From a virus, in IMG/VR virus record IMGVR_UViG_3300027908_000005, positions 1-64,000 of that record: a stretch of 64,000 nt of DNA; one strand, given 5' to 3'. The notes under the pieces were generated by a model. That model had not been told where the DNA came from. It worked only from the letters and a program-made list of their open reading frames with translations, and ran no database searches. Positions 23,272-32,124 of the stretch are shown piece by piece (the stretch's first letter is position 1; each line of letters starts with the position of its first letter). The translations under genes and the position numbers were made by a program.

Positions 23272-23609
23272 GAACACGAGGCCACTACCCCGGCATCGAA
23301 CAAGACGCCGCACTGGTCCGCCGATTGGCGCAGGAGCATCTCGGCCCACTCCCCGTCATCGACGCCGACACGGAGGCGCGTGCGCTCGCCCTCATCGCCG
23401 GGATCACCCGCGATACGTCCGACCCGAAGACGTGGTTTTGTCTCCATCGCTGCTGTGTCCTGTTGGCGGAGGCGGGGCTGACGGTGAATCGGCGCCAGGT
23501 GAAGGTCTGGTACGACGCGGAGTTCGATCGGCGGGCGGCGGCGGATGCGGCCCAGATGCGGGCGGGGTTTGAGAGATTTGCACGGGAGAGGGAAGAGGCG
23601 GGAAGATGA
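23268..23609 (+). CDS. hypothetical protein
   Basis: ATGA-coupled ATG 23268. 113 aa. Confidence 0.5.
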   Translation: MRTRGHYPGIEQDAALVRRLAQEHLGPLPVIDADTEARALALIAGITRDTSDPKTWFCLHRCCVLLAEAGLTVNRRQVKVWYDAEFDRRAAADAAQMRAGFERFAREREEAGR

Positions 23610-23977
23610 CCCAACCGACCCCAGGGCCGTGGACCGTCCACGACGACAACGGGCGCTGGAACATCTACGGCCCAGACAATTACAAGATCCACGACAGTTT
23701 CAACGCGGGCGTGTGCGGACCCGAGATTGCGGATGCCAATCGACGGTTAATCGAGACGGCCCCGGATTTCCTCGCCGCCTGCCGGGGTAGCGACCCCCAC
23801 GGCGTCAACCCGCTGAACTCCCTGCACGTCCTCCTGCACGAATACGTGGCGATGCGGGAGCGCCTCGATGACGATGACGAGGGATATGTCTTAGGACAAG
23901 ATGGCCTGCTGGCAGAGTGCCGGGGACTGCTGGCGGCCCTGACGGCGGCGGTGAAGAAGGCAGAGGGAGGCGCATGA
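23606..23977 (+). CDS. hypothetical protein (xPW-motif family)
   Basis: 123 aa. TPGPWTVHDDNGRW ... ADANRRLIETAPDFL. ATGA-coupled. Confidence 0.55.
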   Translation: MTQPTPGPWTVHDDNGRWNIYGPDNYKIHDSFNAGVCGPEIADANRRLIETAPDFLAACRGSDPHGVNPLNSLHVLLHEYVAMRERLDDDDEGYVLGQDGLLAECRGLLAALTAAVKKAEGGA

Positions 23978-23978
23978 G

Positions 23979-24296
23979 ATGCTGATACGGACACAGACGG
24001 GTCACTACGTCCACGGTGAGACAATCGGCCAATATCTCGTACGCGGTTATGAACACTTGGGACCGAATGGGGAAGCCCGTTTCCGAGTCGAGGCCGAGTA
24101 TCCCCACGCCGCTGACGGTCGCGAGAGTTGTCTCTATCTGGGCGAATACGAGACGCCGGATTCCGCGCAATCGGCCCTCGACGCCCTGGTCGTTGCCCTC
24201 ATCTTAGCGGAAGATCGGATCGGTTGGGGCTATTACGATATGGCCGAGGGAGCATTCGTCAAGGTTGGAGAGCGGGAGATAAAAACGACATGCTGA
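23979..24296 (+). CDS. hypothetical protein
   Basis: Track ORF, 105 aa. Confidence 0.5.
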   Translation: MLIRTQTGHYVHGETIGQYLVRGYEHLGPNGEARFRVEAEYPHAADGRESCLYLGEYETPDSAQSALDALVVALILAEDRIGWGYYDMAEGAFVKVGEREIKTTC

Positions 24297-24592
24297 AGAC
24301 CCACGAGGACACCGAGTTCATCCCGGAGGATCGCAAACTCTGGAGTCGCGATTGGGAGTGTTACCTGCCCGTCGTTACCGACCTGATCGCCCCGCCCGAA
24401 CCCGAACCGGACTCCTGCGACTACGAGCGCGAGTCGAACCGCGAAGAGGCCGACGCCGACCGGATCCGGCTGGCTGAACTTGCCGACCGCCTGGGCGTCC
24501 CCGGCAACCTGAAACTCGCCCGGTACGTGGACGAGATGCAGAACCATTACGCGTCGGTGATCTGGTCGCTGGAGCGGCGGCTTCGGCGGTAA
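24290..24592 (+). CDS. hypothetical protein
   Basis: In-frame ATG 24290 of track ORF 24128..24592, overlapping the previous stop by 7 nt. Acidic, 100 aa. Confidence 0.5.
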   Translation: MLKTHEDTEFIPEDRKLWSRDWECYLPVVTDLIAPPEPEPDSCDYERESNREEADADRIRLAELADRLGVPGNLKLARYVDEMQNHYASVIWSLERRLRR

Positions 24593-24671
24593 TCGCTACA
24601 TACCGCTACATCATAGCTGACCATGCCCCCGGTTGCGGATGTGCTCTGTGTGTACTGCGAAAGGTGATCGA

Positions 24672-24929
24672 ATGACTACCGATCAATCGCCCGTCCTCTA
24701 CTTCGACCACCTCCTAGACGGGGCCGGACGCCCGACCTCGCCGCCGGTCTATCGGGTGCGGACGTGCACCCGCGAACTGGGGACCGTCGAACGCGTCACG
24801 AACCTCATGGGCCGGAACCCGGTCTGGATCGCCTCGGGGATGGGGGATGCGAACGTACCGGGGCGGAAGACGCGGCGGGCGGCGGCGGGGTGGCTGTGGG
24901 AGCGGGCACAGGAGGAGACAACGAAATGA
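24672..24929 (+). CDS. hypothetical protein
   Basis: ATG 24672 is preceded by AAGGTGA. 85 aa. Confidence 0.45.
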   Translation: MTTDQSPVLYFDHLLDGAGRPTSPPVYRVRTCTRELGTVERVTNLMGRNPVWIASGMGDANVPGRKTRRAAAGWLWERAQEETTK

Positions 24930-25399
24930 TCGAGCCGTTCAACGAAGCCTTCAATGAAGACGACATGAAACGTGTAGTAACTGCTTTGACCATGAACTAT
25001 CCATTTCATGTTGTGCAAATCATTCTAGCGCGTCTGCGCTCCCTGATGGAAGCCCACTCCGAACTAGCGGAAGCCATTTCGACGGCCCATGCCGAGGAAC
25101 GCGAACGGTGCGCCCGGATCTGCGAGGAGAAGGAGATCGGTCTCGCCCCGTGTGCGGGGGACTACGCCTGCCGACACCTGGCGGAGACGTTTCGCAAAAC
25201 TCTCACCGCCGCCACCCCAAAACCGAAGACGCGTCCCCTGACGTGCCGCGATCGGACGCCGCGACCGGGAGATTTCGTCAGCGGCAACGGATACGTTTTC
25301 GGTATCTATGAAGGTGCGATTTACCCGGCTCATTATGAGTACGTCAGCCGGGCCGACGGGGGGCCGATTACGTGCGAGGGGGAAGGGGACAATCCGTGA
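24926..25399 (+). CDS. hypothetical protein (ERERC-motif)
   Basis: ATGA-coupled ATG 24926. Contains AEERERCARICEE. Confidence 0.5.
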   Translation: MIEPFNEAFNEDDMKRVVTALTMNYPFHVVQIILARLRSLMEAHSELAEAISTAHAEERERCARICEEKEIGLAPCAGDYACRHLAETFRKTLTAATPKPKTRPLTCRDRTPRPGDFVSGNGYVFGIYEGAIYPAHYEYVSRADGGPITCEGEGDNP

Positions 25400-25614
25400 A
25401 ATACTGTCCGAAGTGCGCCGATATTGATGCAGAGAGAGCAGAAAGAGGGCGACTTGACGACGAAAGACGCCTTTTGTGCAAGGGCGTGAAGAAGCTACAC
25501 AAGGCTTTTCAGTCCGCTCCCCTCGACATTCAAGTGCGTTATTGGGGGCGCGACGTTTTCGATACTGCCGTCGCTGAGTTGCTCCGAATGTGGGCAAAGG
25601 AAGTGAAGGACTGA
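25396..25614 (+). CDS. hypothetical protein
   Basis: GTG 25396 overlaps the previous stop (GTGA). Product VKYCPKCADID... Confidence 0.4.
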   Translation: MKYCPKCADIDAERAERGRLDDERRLLCKGVKKLHKAFQSAPLDIQVRYWGRDVFDTAVAELLRMWAKEVKD

Positions 25615-25617
25615 CGC

Positions 25618-26043
25618 ATGAGTTTCTGCAAAGACCTCGACGATTGGCAGGACGAAGTCGGCACCTGGGCGGACGCGACGTTTCCGGAGGCGACCACGGA
25701 TTCGATCCTCTCGCATCTGGCTGAGGAGATGGTTGAACTGTTGGGGACGGAACGCTTGGCGGCGGCGATCAAGCGGGCGAAGGTTCGGGAACTGCTCATT
25801 CACGGCAACGGGGTTGATGAGACCGCCCAGGTGCTGCCGTCCGAAAAGCCTTCGGAGGAGATAGCTGACGGGCTCCTGCTGATGCTCCACTTCGCCCATA
25901 AGTCGGCGCGGGAGGGGAATATACTCCCATCGAACCGTCTCTCGTCCTGGCTGCGCGACAAGTTCCGCAAGAACCGGGCGCGGACGTGGGGACGGAAGAA
26001 TGCCGCCGGTTACTGGAATCACTCGAACGAGGAAGCGACATGA
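25618..26043 (+). CDS. MazG-like / DUF550-type nucleotide pyrophosphohydrolase
   Basis: 141 aa. ...HLAEEMVEL ... EEIADGLLLMLHFA ... KFRKNRARTW follows the all-alpha NTP-PPase EExxE ... ExxD pattern. Confidence 0.5.
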   Translation: MSFCKDLDDWQDEVGTWADATFPEATTDSILSHLAEEMVELLGTERLAAAIKRAKVRELLIHGNGVDETAQVLPSEKPSEEIADGLLLMLHFAHKSAREGNILPSNRLSSWLRDKFRKNRARTWGRKNAAGYWNHSNEEAT

Positions 26044-26384
26044 GACGCTGCGAAACGATGGGCTGGCCCCCGCTTACGGAAGCGGAACGAGGTATCACGG
26101 AATGGCACCGGTCGGCACCGGTTGGCCCGTTCTCCTACAACATTAACCTGTGGGGGGAGCCGCATCGCAATCTCTTCGACGTCTGCGTCTATATCAATCC
26201 GGGATCTTCGACATCCCGTTTCTTCACGGATCAATGGGGATTCATGCACTGGCACAAAACTTTCGAACGACTGTTCGGCATGGAACCGATGGACTGGTCC
26301 GTTTTCAATCCGTGGGCTTGGCAGGAGACGCAAGGATTCCGTCGGTGTTTAGAAGCAGAGAAGAGGAGCAATAAGCAAAGATGA
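26040..26384 (+). CDS. hypothetical protein
   Basis: ATGA-coupled ATG 26040. W/F-rich, 114 aa. Confidence 0.5.
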   Translation: MRRCETMGWPPLTEAERGITEWHRSAPVGPFSYNINLWGEPHRNLFDVCVYINPGSSTSRFFTDQWGFMHWHKTFERLFGMEPMDWSVFNPWAWQETQGFRRCLEAEKRSNKQR

Positions 26385-26692
26385 CACAATACGACGACAC
26401 CAACCACCACCGCGCCGACCCCCTGGCCGCGATCCTGACCGGCGCCACACTCTCGGATGGCAAACTGCCGTCCTACGCTGTCGTAGAGGAAGAGAGGGCT
26501 CAGAGCGTCGTAGACGATGCTCGGAGCCTGATCGCGGAACGGCTGGTGACCGATTTGGAGCAGGAGGCGCGGCTGCGGGGACGAGCCGAAGCCCGAGCCC
26601 GACGGGCGGAACTTCGGGCGAATTACTATCTCGGAGCCTTCCTGACGGTCTGTGCCGCCTTAATCTGGCTGCTGACGCGAGGGGGGATCTGA
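26381..26692 (+). CDS. hypothetical protein with C-terminal TM
   Basis: 103 aa. ATGA-coupled. C-terminal YYLGAFLTVCAALIWLL. Confidence 0.5.
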   Translation: MTQYDDTNHHRADPLAAILTGATLSDGKLPSYAVVEEERAQSVVDDARSLIAERLVTDLEQEARLRGRAEARARRAELRANYYLGAFLTVCAALIWLLTRGGI

Positions 26693-26694
26693 CG

Positions 26695-27096
26695 ATGGCC
26701 GACCATCCCCACGACGCGCCCCCGACGGCCACCGCCAGTCAGGGGCGGAAACTTCACCTCAACCACGCCGCCGCCCACTATCTGACCGGCGTCCGGCGCT
26801 GCGAATTGCGCTTCGAGGCCGGTGCGATCTGCCTCTATCCGGCGGAACCGACCCATCGGAGTGCGGGAGCGGTCACAAGAGGAGAAACGATAATGCCGTT
26901 CATTCGGCACAAGCCATTCAACATCTGCGACTCGGACGAGCATGAGCCAGGGCAGTTCGACCTAATCAACCTCAAGCCGGGCGTCCATACGTGGAAGTGC
27001 CCGAAGTGCGGACGGGAGACGACGATCACCATTCCGCGTCCGGTTCGATACCGCCCGCGTGGCTATCGAGATGAGAAGTGGGAGATCACGAGATGA
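26695..27096 (+). CDS. zinc-ribbon protein
   Basis: 133 aa. C-terminal CPKCGRE. The start may lie further in. Confidence 0.45.
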   Translation: MADHPHDAPPTATASQGRKLHLNHAAAHYLTGVRRCELRFEAGAICLYPAEPTHRSAGAVTRGETIMPFIRHKPFNICDSDEHEPGQFDLINLKPGVHTWKCPKCGRETTITIPRPVRYRPRGYRDEKWEITR

Positions 27097-27542
27097 TGTT
27101 AGCCGGAACGTTCTCACAGGCCGATTACGACGACATCACCGAAATCAAGACCCTGTACACGCGCCTGACCTGCGCGATCGGGGCGCAGGACCTCGATGAG
27201 CATTGGGAGGACTGGGACGGCATCCTGGCGCGTCTGCGCGCCCTGATGGTAACCCACGCCGACCTCCTCTCTGACGGTCTGTGCCGCCTTGATCTGGCTG
27301 GTTATGAGGGGGCGCCCTGCGCCGTCCTCCTGACCGAGGCCCAAAACGCCATCTGCGCCCTGACCGGTCTCTCGGACTGGCGCCGGGTGGTGATGCAGGA
27401 GGCCCCTTATCCCGAGGCGCCGTACGGCGCACTGGCGCGGGCGATTCTGGGGTGTCTGCCGACCGATGAGGCCGAGGTGATTCGAAGGGAGTTTGAGGAG
27501 TGGAGACGGGAGACGTTCGGAGAGGGGGAGATTGCCCGATGA
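27093..27542 (+). CDS. hypothetical protein
   Basis: ATGA-coupled ATG 27093. Acidic, 149 aa. Confidence 0.5.
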   Translation: MMLAGTFSQADYDDITEIKTLYTRLTCAIGAQDLDEHWEDWDGILARLRALMVTHADLLSDGLCRLDLAGYEGAPCAVLLTEAQNAICALTGLSDWRRVVMQEAPYPEAPYGALARAILGCLPTDEAEVIRREFEEWRRETFGEGEIAR

Positions 27543-27784
27543 GACTCCAACCGGGCGACCGCGTCCGCCTCGGCAGGCGATCCGTTCACATCGTCGCGGG
27601 CATCCGCTACATCTACGGTCATCAGGTGTCCCTCCTGTGCTACACGAAATGGCGACCGGCCTGGACCCTCGCGCGGGCCGCAGATGAAGTCCCCGTGTGC
27701 AAGAACTGCGCCCGTATCGCCGAGCGACAGGCGGGGCCGGGGCCGCAGCATCCGGAGACGGAGAAGCCGCAGATCGGAAGGTAA
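27539..27784 (+). CDS. small GDxVR...CxxC protein (paralogue family)
   Basis: ATGA-coupled ATG 27539. LQPGDRVRLG ... SLLCY ... PVCKNC. Confidence 0.5.
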   Translation: MRLQPGDRVRLGRRSVHIVAGIRYIYGHQVSLLCYTKWRPAWTLARAADEVPVCKNCARIAERQAGPGPQHPETEKPQIGR

Positions 27785-27789
27785 GGGGT

Positions 27790-28548
27790 ATGCAAGACAT
27801 AGTTCTCTATTCGATGGGTATCTGTAGCGCCTACATCGCCTGCCGACTGCAAGACGAATGCCGCCGGCCCCTCTGCATCTTTAACGATACGTTGAGGGAG
27901 GATGAGGACACCTACCGGTTCGGGCGCGAAGTGGTAGAACGGTGGAGGCTGGCTTTCGTCGAATGTAGCCGGGGAGGGGATCTCTGGGATACCTGGAGGG
28001 CTGAACACATGATACCTGCTCGGCAAATCGCCTCGTGTTCCCGACAGTTTAAGATCGAGCCGACGCGCGCCTTTCTCAACGAATACTTCGAGTTTCCCGG
28101 TAACTCCGCCCGTATCGCCTACGGTTACGACCGCAATGAGTCCGACCGGGCCGAGAAAACGTTGAACCATTGGGACTTTCGGCACATTGAGGTTTGGTTC
28201 CCCATGATCGAATGGGAGGTGGAAAAGCAGCAGGCGTTCGGTTATTTCGCCCAACACGGTATCACGCCACCGCGTATCTACAAGCATTTTCGCAATGCAA
28301 ATTGTCTGCCATGTAAGAACTTCCGCGAAAAGGATTGGCTGGCGCTGGCCTATTATTTCCCGGAGAAATTCGCCGCCGCATCCTCATTCGAAAGCGTGAA
28401 CGGACTGCGTTGGATGCAGGATGGTCCCCGCCTCGTGGAACTCGACCTGACCGAAGCTGCACCGTCACGCAAGGGGAGGCGTAGACTCGCCGGGGATGAA
28501 CCGGCATTCAGCTTCGACATGGGCTGCGATCGTTGCGCAGTAGACTGA
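27790..28548 (+). CDS. PAPS-reductase / DndC-like PP-loop family protein (degenerate P-loop)
   Basis: 252 aa. IVLYSMGICS where the family has SGGxDS. Also FNDTLREDEDTYRF, CSRQFKIEPTRAFL, and C-terminal NCLPCKN plus GCDRC. Confidence 0.6.
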   Translation: MQDIVLYSMGICSAYIACRLQDECRRPLCIFNDTLREDEDTYRFGREVVERWRLAFVECSRGGDLWDTWRAEHMIPARQIASCSRQFKIEPTRAFLNEYFEFPGNSARIAYGYDRNESDRAEKTLNHWDFRHIEVWFPMIEWEVEKQQAFGYFAQHGITPPRIYKHFRNANCLPCKNFREKDWLALAYYFPEKFAAASSFESVNGLRWMQDGPRLVELDLTEAAPSRKGRRRLAGDEPAFSFDMGCDRCAVD

Positions 28549-28560
28549 AAGGACCATACG

Positions 28561-28878
28561 ATGAAACTCTTGCGCATCCACCGCCAACGCCGCCGCACCG
28601 TCCCCAAGACGATGGGCACCTATACCGTCCGGCATCGAAACGTGATCCCGAAGCCGGGGATGAGACTGACGGATTCGCCGACCTATCGTCCCGTCCACCG
28701 ATACGGCCCGGTGAGCGAGTGTGACCGGCGACTGCAGGCCGCGTGGGCATGGCGCGAGGGGGAACTGAACGCCCTGCTCGATGCCATCGACGCCCGCGCA
28801 GATGCCGGGGATCAGGTCGGGAGCCACGACGCCGTCTATGAGCATCAGACGCTGTTCGCCCGAGGGTTTCCGCGATGA
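28561..28878 (+). CDS. hypothetical basic protein
   Basis: Track ORF, 105 aa. SD GAAAGGA. Confidence 0.45.
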   Translation: MKLLRIHRQRRRTVPKTMGTYTVRHRNVIPKPGMRLTDSPTYRPVHRYGPVSECDRRLQAAWAWREGELNALLDAIDARADAGDQVGSHDAVYEHQTLFARGFPR

Positions 28879-29102
28879 CACGCGAAGATCGGGAACGACT
28901 CGCCCACCCGAAGCCGGTCCCCTGTCCGACCTGTAACGGCAAAGGGTTTTTCAGCGCCAGCTATTACGGGGGCGTCTACCGCCATTGCGATTGCCACGTT
29001 TGCGGGGGGACCGGCAAGGTCGAATTTTCCAGCCTCAAAGTTGCCGCAACAACGGATCCCGAACGAGAGGGGATGAAAGCGCATGACTTTCGAAGAAGGT
29101 GA
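28875..29102 (+). CDS. DnaJ-type CxxCxGxG zinc-finger protein
   Basis: 75 aa. CPTCNGKG and CHVCGGTG repeats. Confidence 0.45.
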   Translation: MTREDRERLAHPKPVPCPTCNGKGFFSASYYGGVYRHCDCHVCGGTGKVEFSSLKVAATTDPEREGMKAHDFRRR

Positions 29103-29289
29103 CTTCGTTCGGTATCGGCGCGATGGTAAGGTGACGCACATCGTCTCGCTCGCTATGGCTGAACGAGTGACGTTATACTGTCAGCCTAACGCCATGATTA
29201 ACCAACGTTTCGAACGGATTGCCCCTGCCGTTCTTCCACCGTGCAAACTCTGCAAGATGGTATTAACGAAGGGAGAATCGCAGCAATGA
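29083..29289 (+). CDS. small GDxVR...CxxC protein (paralogue family)
   Basis: 68 aa. FEEGDFVRYR ... TLYCQ ... PPCKLC. Confidence 0.45.
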   Translation: MTFEEGDFVRYRRDGKVTHIVSLAMAERVTLYCQPNAMINQRFERIAPAVLPPCKLCKMVLTKGESQQ

Positions 29290-29414
29290 CATGGCATAAC
29301 TTCCTCCTGCACCTCGACGCCCCCCTCCTGCGCCTCGTGGCCGGGGGTATGGGGTTGGGGGTGGTGGCCGGGGCGCAGTACCTGCATTGGGTGACACGAA
29401 AGGCGCGACGATGA
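29286..29414 (+). CDS. micro membrane protein (42 aa)
   Basis: Hand-translated MTWHNFLLHLDAPLLRLVAGGMGLGVVAGAQYLHWVTRKARR. ATGA overlaps at both ends. Confidence 0.35.
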   Translation: MTWHNFLLHLDAPLLRLVAGGMGLGVVAGAQYLHWVTRKARR

Positions 29415-30673
29415 CCCGAGACTGCATAGAACTGTTCGCCGGAGCCGGGGCAGCCACTTTTGGACTGCGGGCAGCCGGTCTCAATCCCGTCTGCGCCGTG
29501 GAAATAGATCTCGCCGTGTGCGGTGTGTACGAGGCCAATCACGGCCCGCACGTCCTCTGTCAAGGTGTCGAAACCGTTGACTACAGACGTTTCAATGGTA
29601 TCCCGTTTGCCTGGGCGTCCCCCTCGTGCAAACAGGCCAGTGTCGCCAACGCAAAAGGCGGCGAATGTGAGGCCGACCTCACCGCCGCGTCCGCCGTCTG
29701 CCGGATGCTGCGGGAGGCGAGGCCGCGCGGGTTCTGCCTGGAGAACGTCCGAGGGTATGCCCGGTTCCGGTCCTTCGCCATGATTCGGGATACGCTGGAC
29801 GCACTGGGCTATTGGACGAACGTTTCCGTGATTGACGCTGCTGATATGGGCGTCCCGCAGAACCGGAAGCGTCTGATCCTACGCGCCTGCCTGTCGGGTA
29901 TCCCCGCGCCGTTGCCGCCGCCGGTGAGGCCGTGGAACGGGTGGTATAAGGCGATCGAGGATTTGATACCGACGTTGCCGGCGTCTGCCTTCGCGAAATG
30001 GCAAATTGATCGCCTGTCAAAACTGTTCGAAACCGATCCACGCAATATCTTGGCGGAAGGTAGCGGATGTCCCGATATGCGTGAACCGCTCGTGCGTGAG
30101 GCTGAGGAGCCAATGTTCACGATCCGTTCACACGTCCGGTTGGATACGGCGCGCGCCTACCTGATCGAAGGCGACTGCCCGGGCGAACGGTGTCCCACCG
30201 TTCGCCCCGGCGCCGACCCCGCATTCACCCTCAAGGCCGCCGAGGGGGGACGGGTTGCCCGCGCCTTCATCGTCGAGGGCACCGCCGCCGGTGAGGACAA
30301 CCTCTTCGCCCTGCCCGTCCGTTCGGGTGACGAGCCGGTCTTCACGGTGCGGGGGCAGAATCCGTTGAGGGCGTTTCTGGTCACCAATCAGGGCGATAAG
30401 CCCAACGGAGATCCTGAACGTGGTCCGCGCATCTTTGCGGCTAACGAACCGTCAGGGCCGATCCTGTCCGATTCGTGCTCCCGGACGAGAGCGTGGCTTG
30501 AACAAGGACGTGTCGTTTCGTTGACCGTCCGGGCGCTCAGCAGGCTGATGGGATTACCCGACTCGATGATCCTGCCGGAGAATCGGCGACTCGCTACCGC
30601 CTGTATCGGCAATGGCGTTTGCCCTGCCGTCGCAGAAGTAGCGGCTAGAAGCGTCCTTGAAGGCATGGAGTAG
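29411..30673 (+). CDS. DNA (cytosine-5)-methyltransferase
   Basis: 420 aa. Motif I ELFAGAGAATFG, motif IV SPSCKQAS, motif VI ENVRG, motif VIII QNRKRL, motif X GNGVCP. Confidence 0.85.
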   Translation: MTRDCIELFAGAGAATFGLRAAGLNPVCAVEIDLAVCGVYEANHGPHVLCQGVETVDYRRFNGIPFAWASPSCKQASVANAKGGECEADLTAASAVCRMLREARPRGFCLENVRGYARFRSFAMIRDTLDALGYWTNVSVIDAADMGVPQNRKRLILRACLSGIPAPLPPPVRPWNGWYKAIEDLIPTLPASAFAKWQIDRLSKLFETDPRNILAEGSGCPDMREPLVREAEEPMFTIRSHVRLDTARAYLIEGDCPGERCPTVRPGADPAFTLKAAEGGRVARAFIVEGTAAGEDNLFALPVRSGDEPVFTVRGQNPLRAFLVTNQGDKPNGDPERGPRIFAANEPSGPILSDSCSRTRAWLEQGRVVSLTVRALSRLMGLPDSMILPENRRLATACIGNGVCPAVAEVAARSVLEGME

Positions 30674-30677
30674 ACGC

Positions 30678-30884
30678 ATGTATGATGAAATTGCCGATGG
30701 ACTCGCCCGAGTACGTACGCTCTGCTTGATGGGTCAAAACGTACAGGCAGGTGAAGAATTTCAATCTGTTCGCGCACGATTCGAACGCTTTGAACAAGCC
30801 CATGAATATCCTGCGCTAGTACATGCGTTTACCGTGACGTTGCGGTATGTATCGGAAATGGAATATTCTACGCCGTCGGATTAG
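30678..30884 (+). CDS. hypothetical protein
   Basis: In-frame ATG 30678 of track ORF 30657..30884. 68 aa. The stop lies inside the 34-bp palindrome. Confidence 0.45.
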   Translation: MYDEIADGLARVRTLCLMGQNVQAGEEFQSVRARFERFEQAHEYPALVHAFTVTLRYVSEMEYSTPSD

Positions 30885-30914
30885 CCAAGGTCCTTGGCCA
30901 AGGACCTTGGCTAA
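30881..30914. repeat. perfect 34-bp palindrome
   Basis: TTAGCCAAGGTCCTTGG / CCAAGGACCTTGGCTAA, checked base by base. No U-tract follows. Confidence 0.9.
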
Positions 30915-30942
30915 TCCATAATGCCAGGAAGAAAGGATTGAC

Positions 30943-31272
30943 ATGAGTATTCCGATCTACGCCGTCGGCGTCAAGCGACCCGGTCAACATTACTTCGTCA
31001 TAGAACACGAGACGGATGACTTACAGGGCGTCTGCGGCATCTGTACGACCCACTACGGCCTGCCTTGGCCCGATGAGACGGACGTGTTTCTTGAAGCCGG
31101 TTGGTATCGGTGTGCGGACGGGACGCAGTTGCGTCTGTTCCAGGCCGACGCCGTGCCGGAGGCGGGAGAGAAGGAACTGACGGACGCGCAATGCCGAGAA
31201 TCTAATCTCACGGCCTGGGTAGACGAAGAAATCGGGATCCTGTCGGGCAATGTGCCGGATAGGGAGGACTGA
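30943..31272 (+). CDS. hypothetical protein
   Basis: Track ORF, 109 aa. SD GAAAGGA. Confidence 0.5.
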   Translation: MSIPIYAVGVKRPGQHYFVIEHETDDLQGVCGICTTHYGLPWPDETDVFLEAGWYRCADGTQLRLFQADAVPEAGEKELTDAQCRESNLTAWVDEEIGILSGNVPDRED

Positions 31273-31275
31273 ACC

Positions 31276-31440
31276 ATGCACATCGACATCTACGGCGACG
31301 ACACCTCGCCGCCGTCCGAACCGACCTGGTGGGACTGGCTCCTCGTCCCCCTCTATCTCGCCGCCGTGGGGCTCGGAAGGGGCTGTGCGTGGCTCCGGCG
31401 GGGGATGCGGGGGATTGGGAGAGGGAGGGCAAAGCCATGA
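31276..31440 (+). CDS. small membrane protein (54 aa)
   Basis: Hand-translated MHIDIYGDDTSPPSEPTWWDWLLVPLYLAAVGLGRGCAWLRRG... Its stop overlaps the next ATG (ATGA). Confidence 0.35.
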   Translation: MHIDIYGDDTSPPSEPTWWDWLLVPLYLAAVGLGRGCAWLRRGMRGIGRGRAKP

Positions 31441-31649
31441 GTACGAATGTCCGATGCGCGGCCTGTGGATGTTACGAAGACCCCGCGAACGCCAAACTGA
31501 TCTTTCAACCCGGTAGCACTTATCCTGACCATTGGATCTGCTTTGTATGTGAAGCGCAGGAGAACGAAGATGCAGAAGACGAGTTCTATGATGAAGACGC
31601 TGCCGAATACATGGAGGAACGGCGACAGATGGGAGCCGGTTGGAAATGA
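31437..31649 (+). CDS. zinc-ribbon protein
   Basis: 70 aa. CAACG ... CFVC. Acidic tail. Confidence 0.5.
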   Translation: MSTNVRCAACGCYEDPANAKLIFQPGSTYPDHWICFVCEAQENEDAEDEFYDEDAAEYMEERRQMGAGWK

Positions 31650-31849
31650 AGATCCTCACACACGGCAAACTCAATCGGGGCTTCGAAGGCGAATGGGAAT
31701 GCCACCGATGCGGCTGCCGTTGGGAGATGGACGCTCACGATATGCCGCCGCAGTTCCACTCCGACCAACGCGACGGCGACTTCTTCCAGATGGACTGTCC
31801 AAACTGCAAGCAGACCACGACGCGATACGATGCAAGGGGGAACCGATGA
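31646..31849 (+). CDS. zinc-ribbon protein
   Basis: 67 aa. CHRCG ... CPNC. ATGA-coupled. Confidence 0.5.
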   Translation: MKILTHGKLNRGFEGEWECHRCGCRWEMDAHDMPPQFHSDQRDGDFFQMDCPNCKQTTTRYDARGNR

Positions 31850-32124
31850 CGACGACACAGACCGAAGAGGCGCGCGCCGAACTGGAGAAAGCACGCACCG
31901 AACGCGACCGTACCCAGGCGTCCCTGTCCGAAGCACAGGCGGCGATGCGGACGGCGCGCGCGAACCTCTATAACTGCGAACTGGACGCCCGCGACGCCGA
32001 CATGCGGTTCCGGACCCTCCACGTCCGGTGTCTGATGGCCGGCGGGATGACCGTCACCGACCCCGTACCGGTCGGAGAGTGCGGGGATGCGCGGGCGTTG
32101 GTGACGCGAAAGAAGGAGGATTGA
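31846..32124 (+). CDS. hypothetical coiled-coil protein
   Basis: ATGA-coupled ATG 31846. 92 aa. Confidence 0.5.
   Translation: MTTTQTEEARAELEKARTERDRTQASLSEAQAAMRTARANLYNCELDARDADMRFRTLHVRCLMAGGMTVTDPVPVGECGDARALVTRKKED

Noticed and set aside
27114-27800. 228-aa minus-strand ORF and other antisense ORFs across the plus-strand early block
   Set aside because: R/G/P-rich, uncoupled, and antisense to tightly packed plus-strand genes with ATGA junctions.
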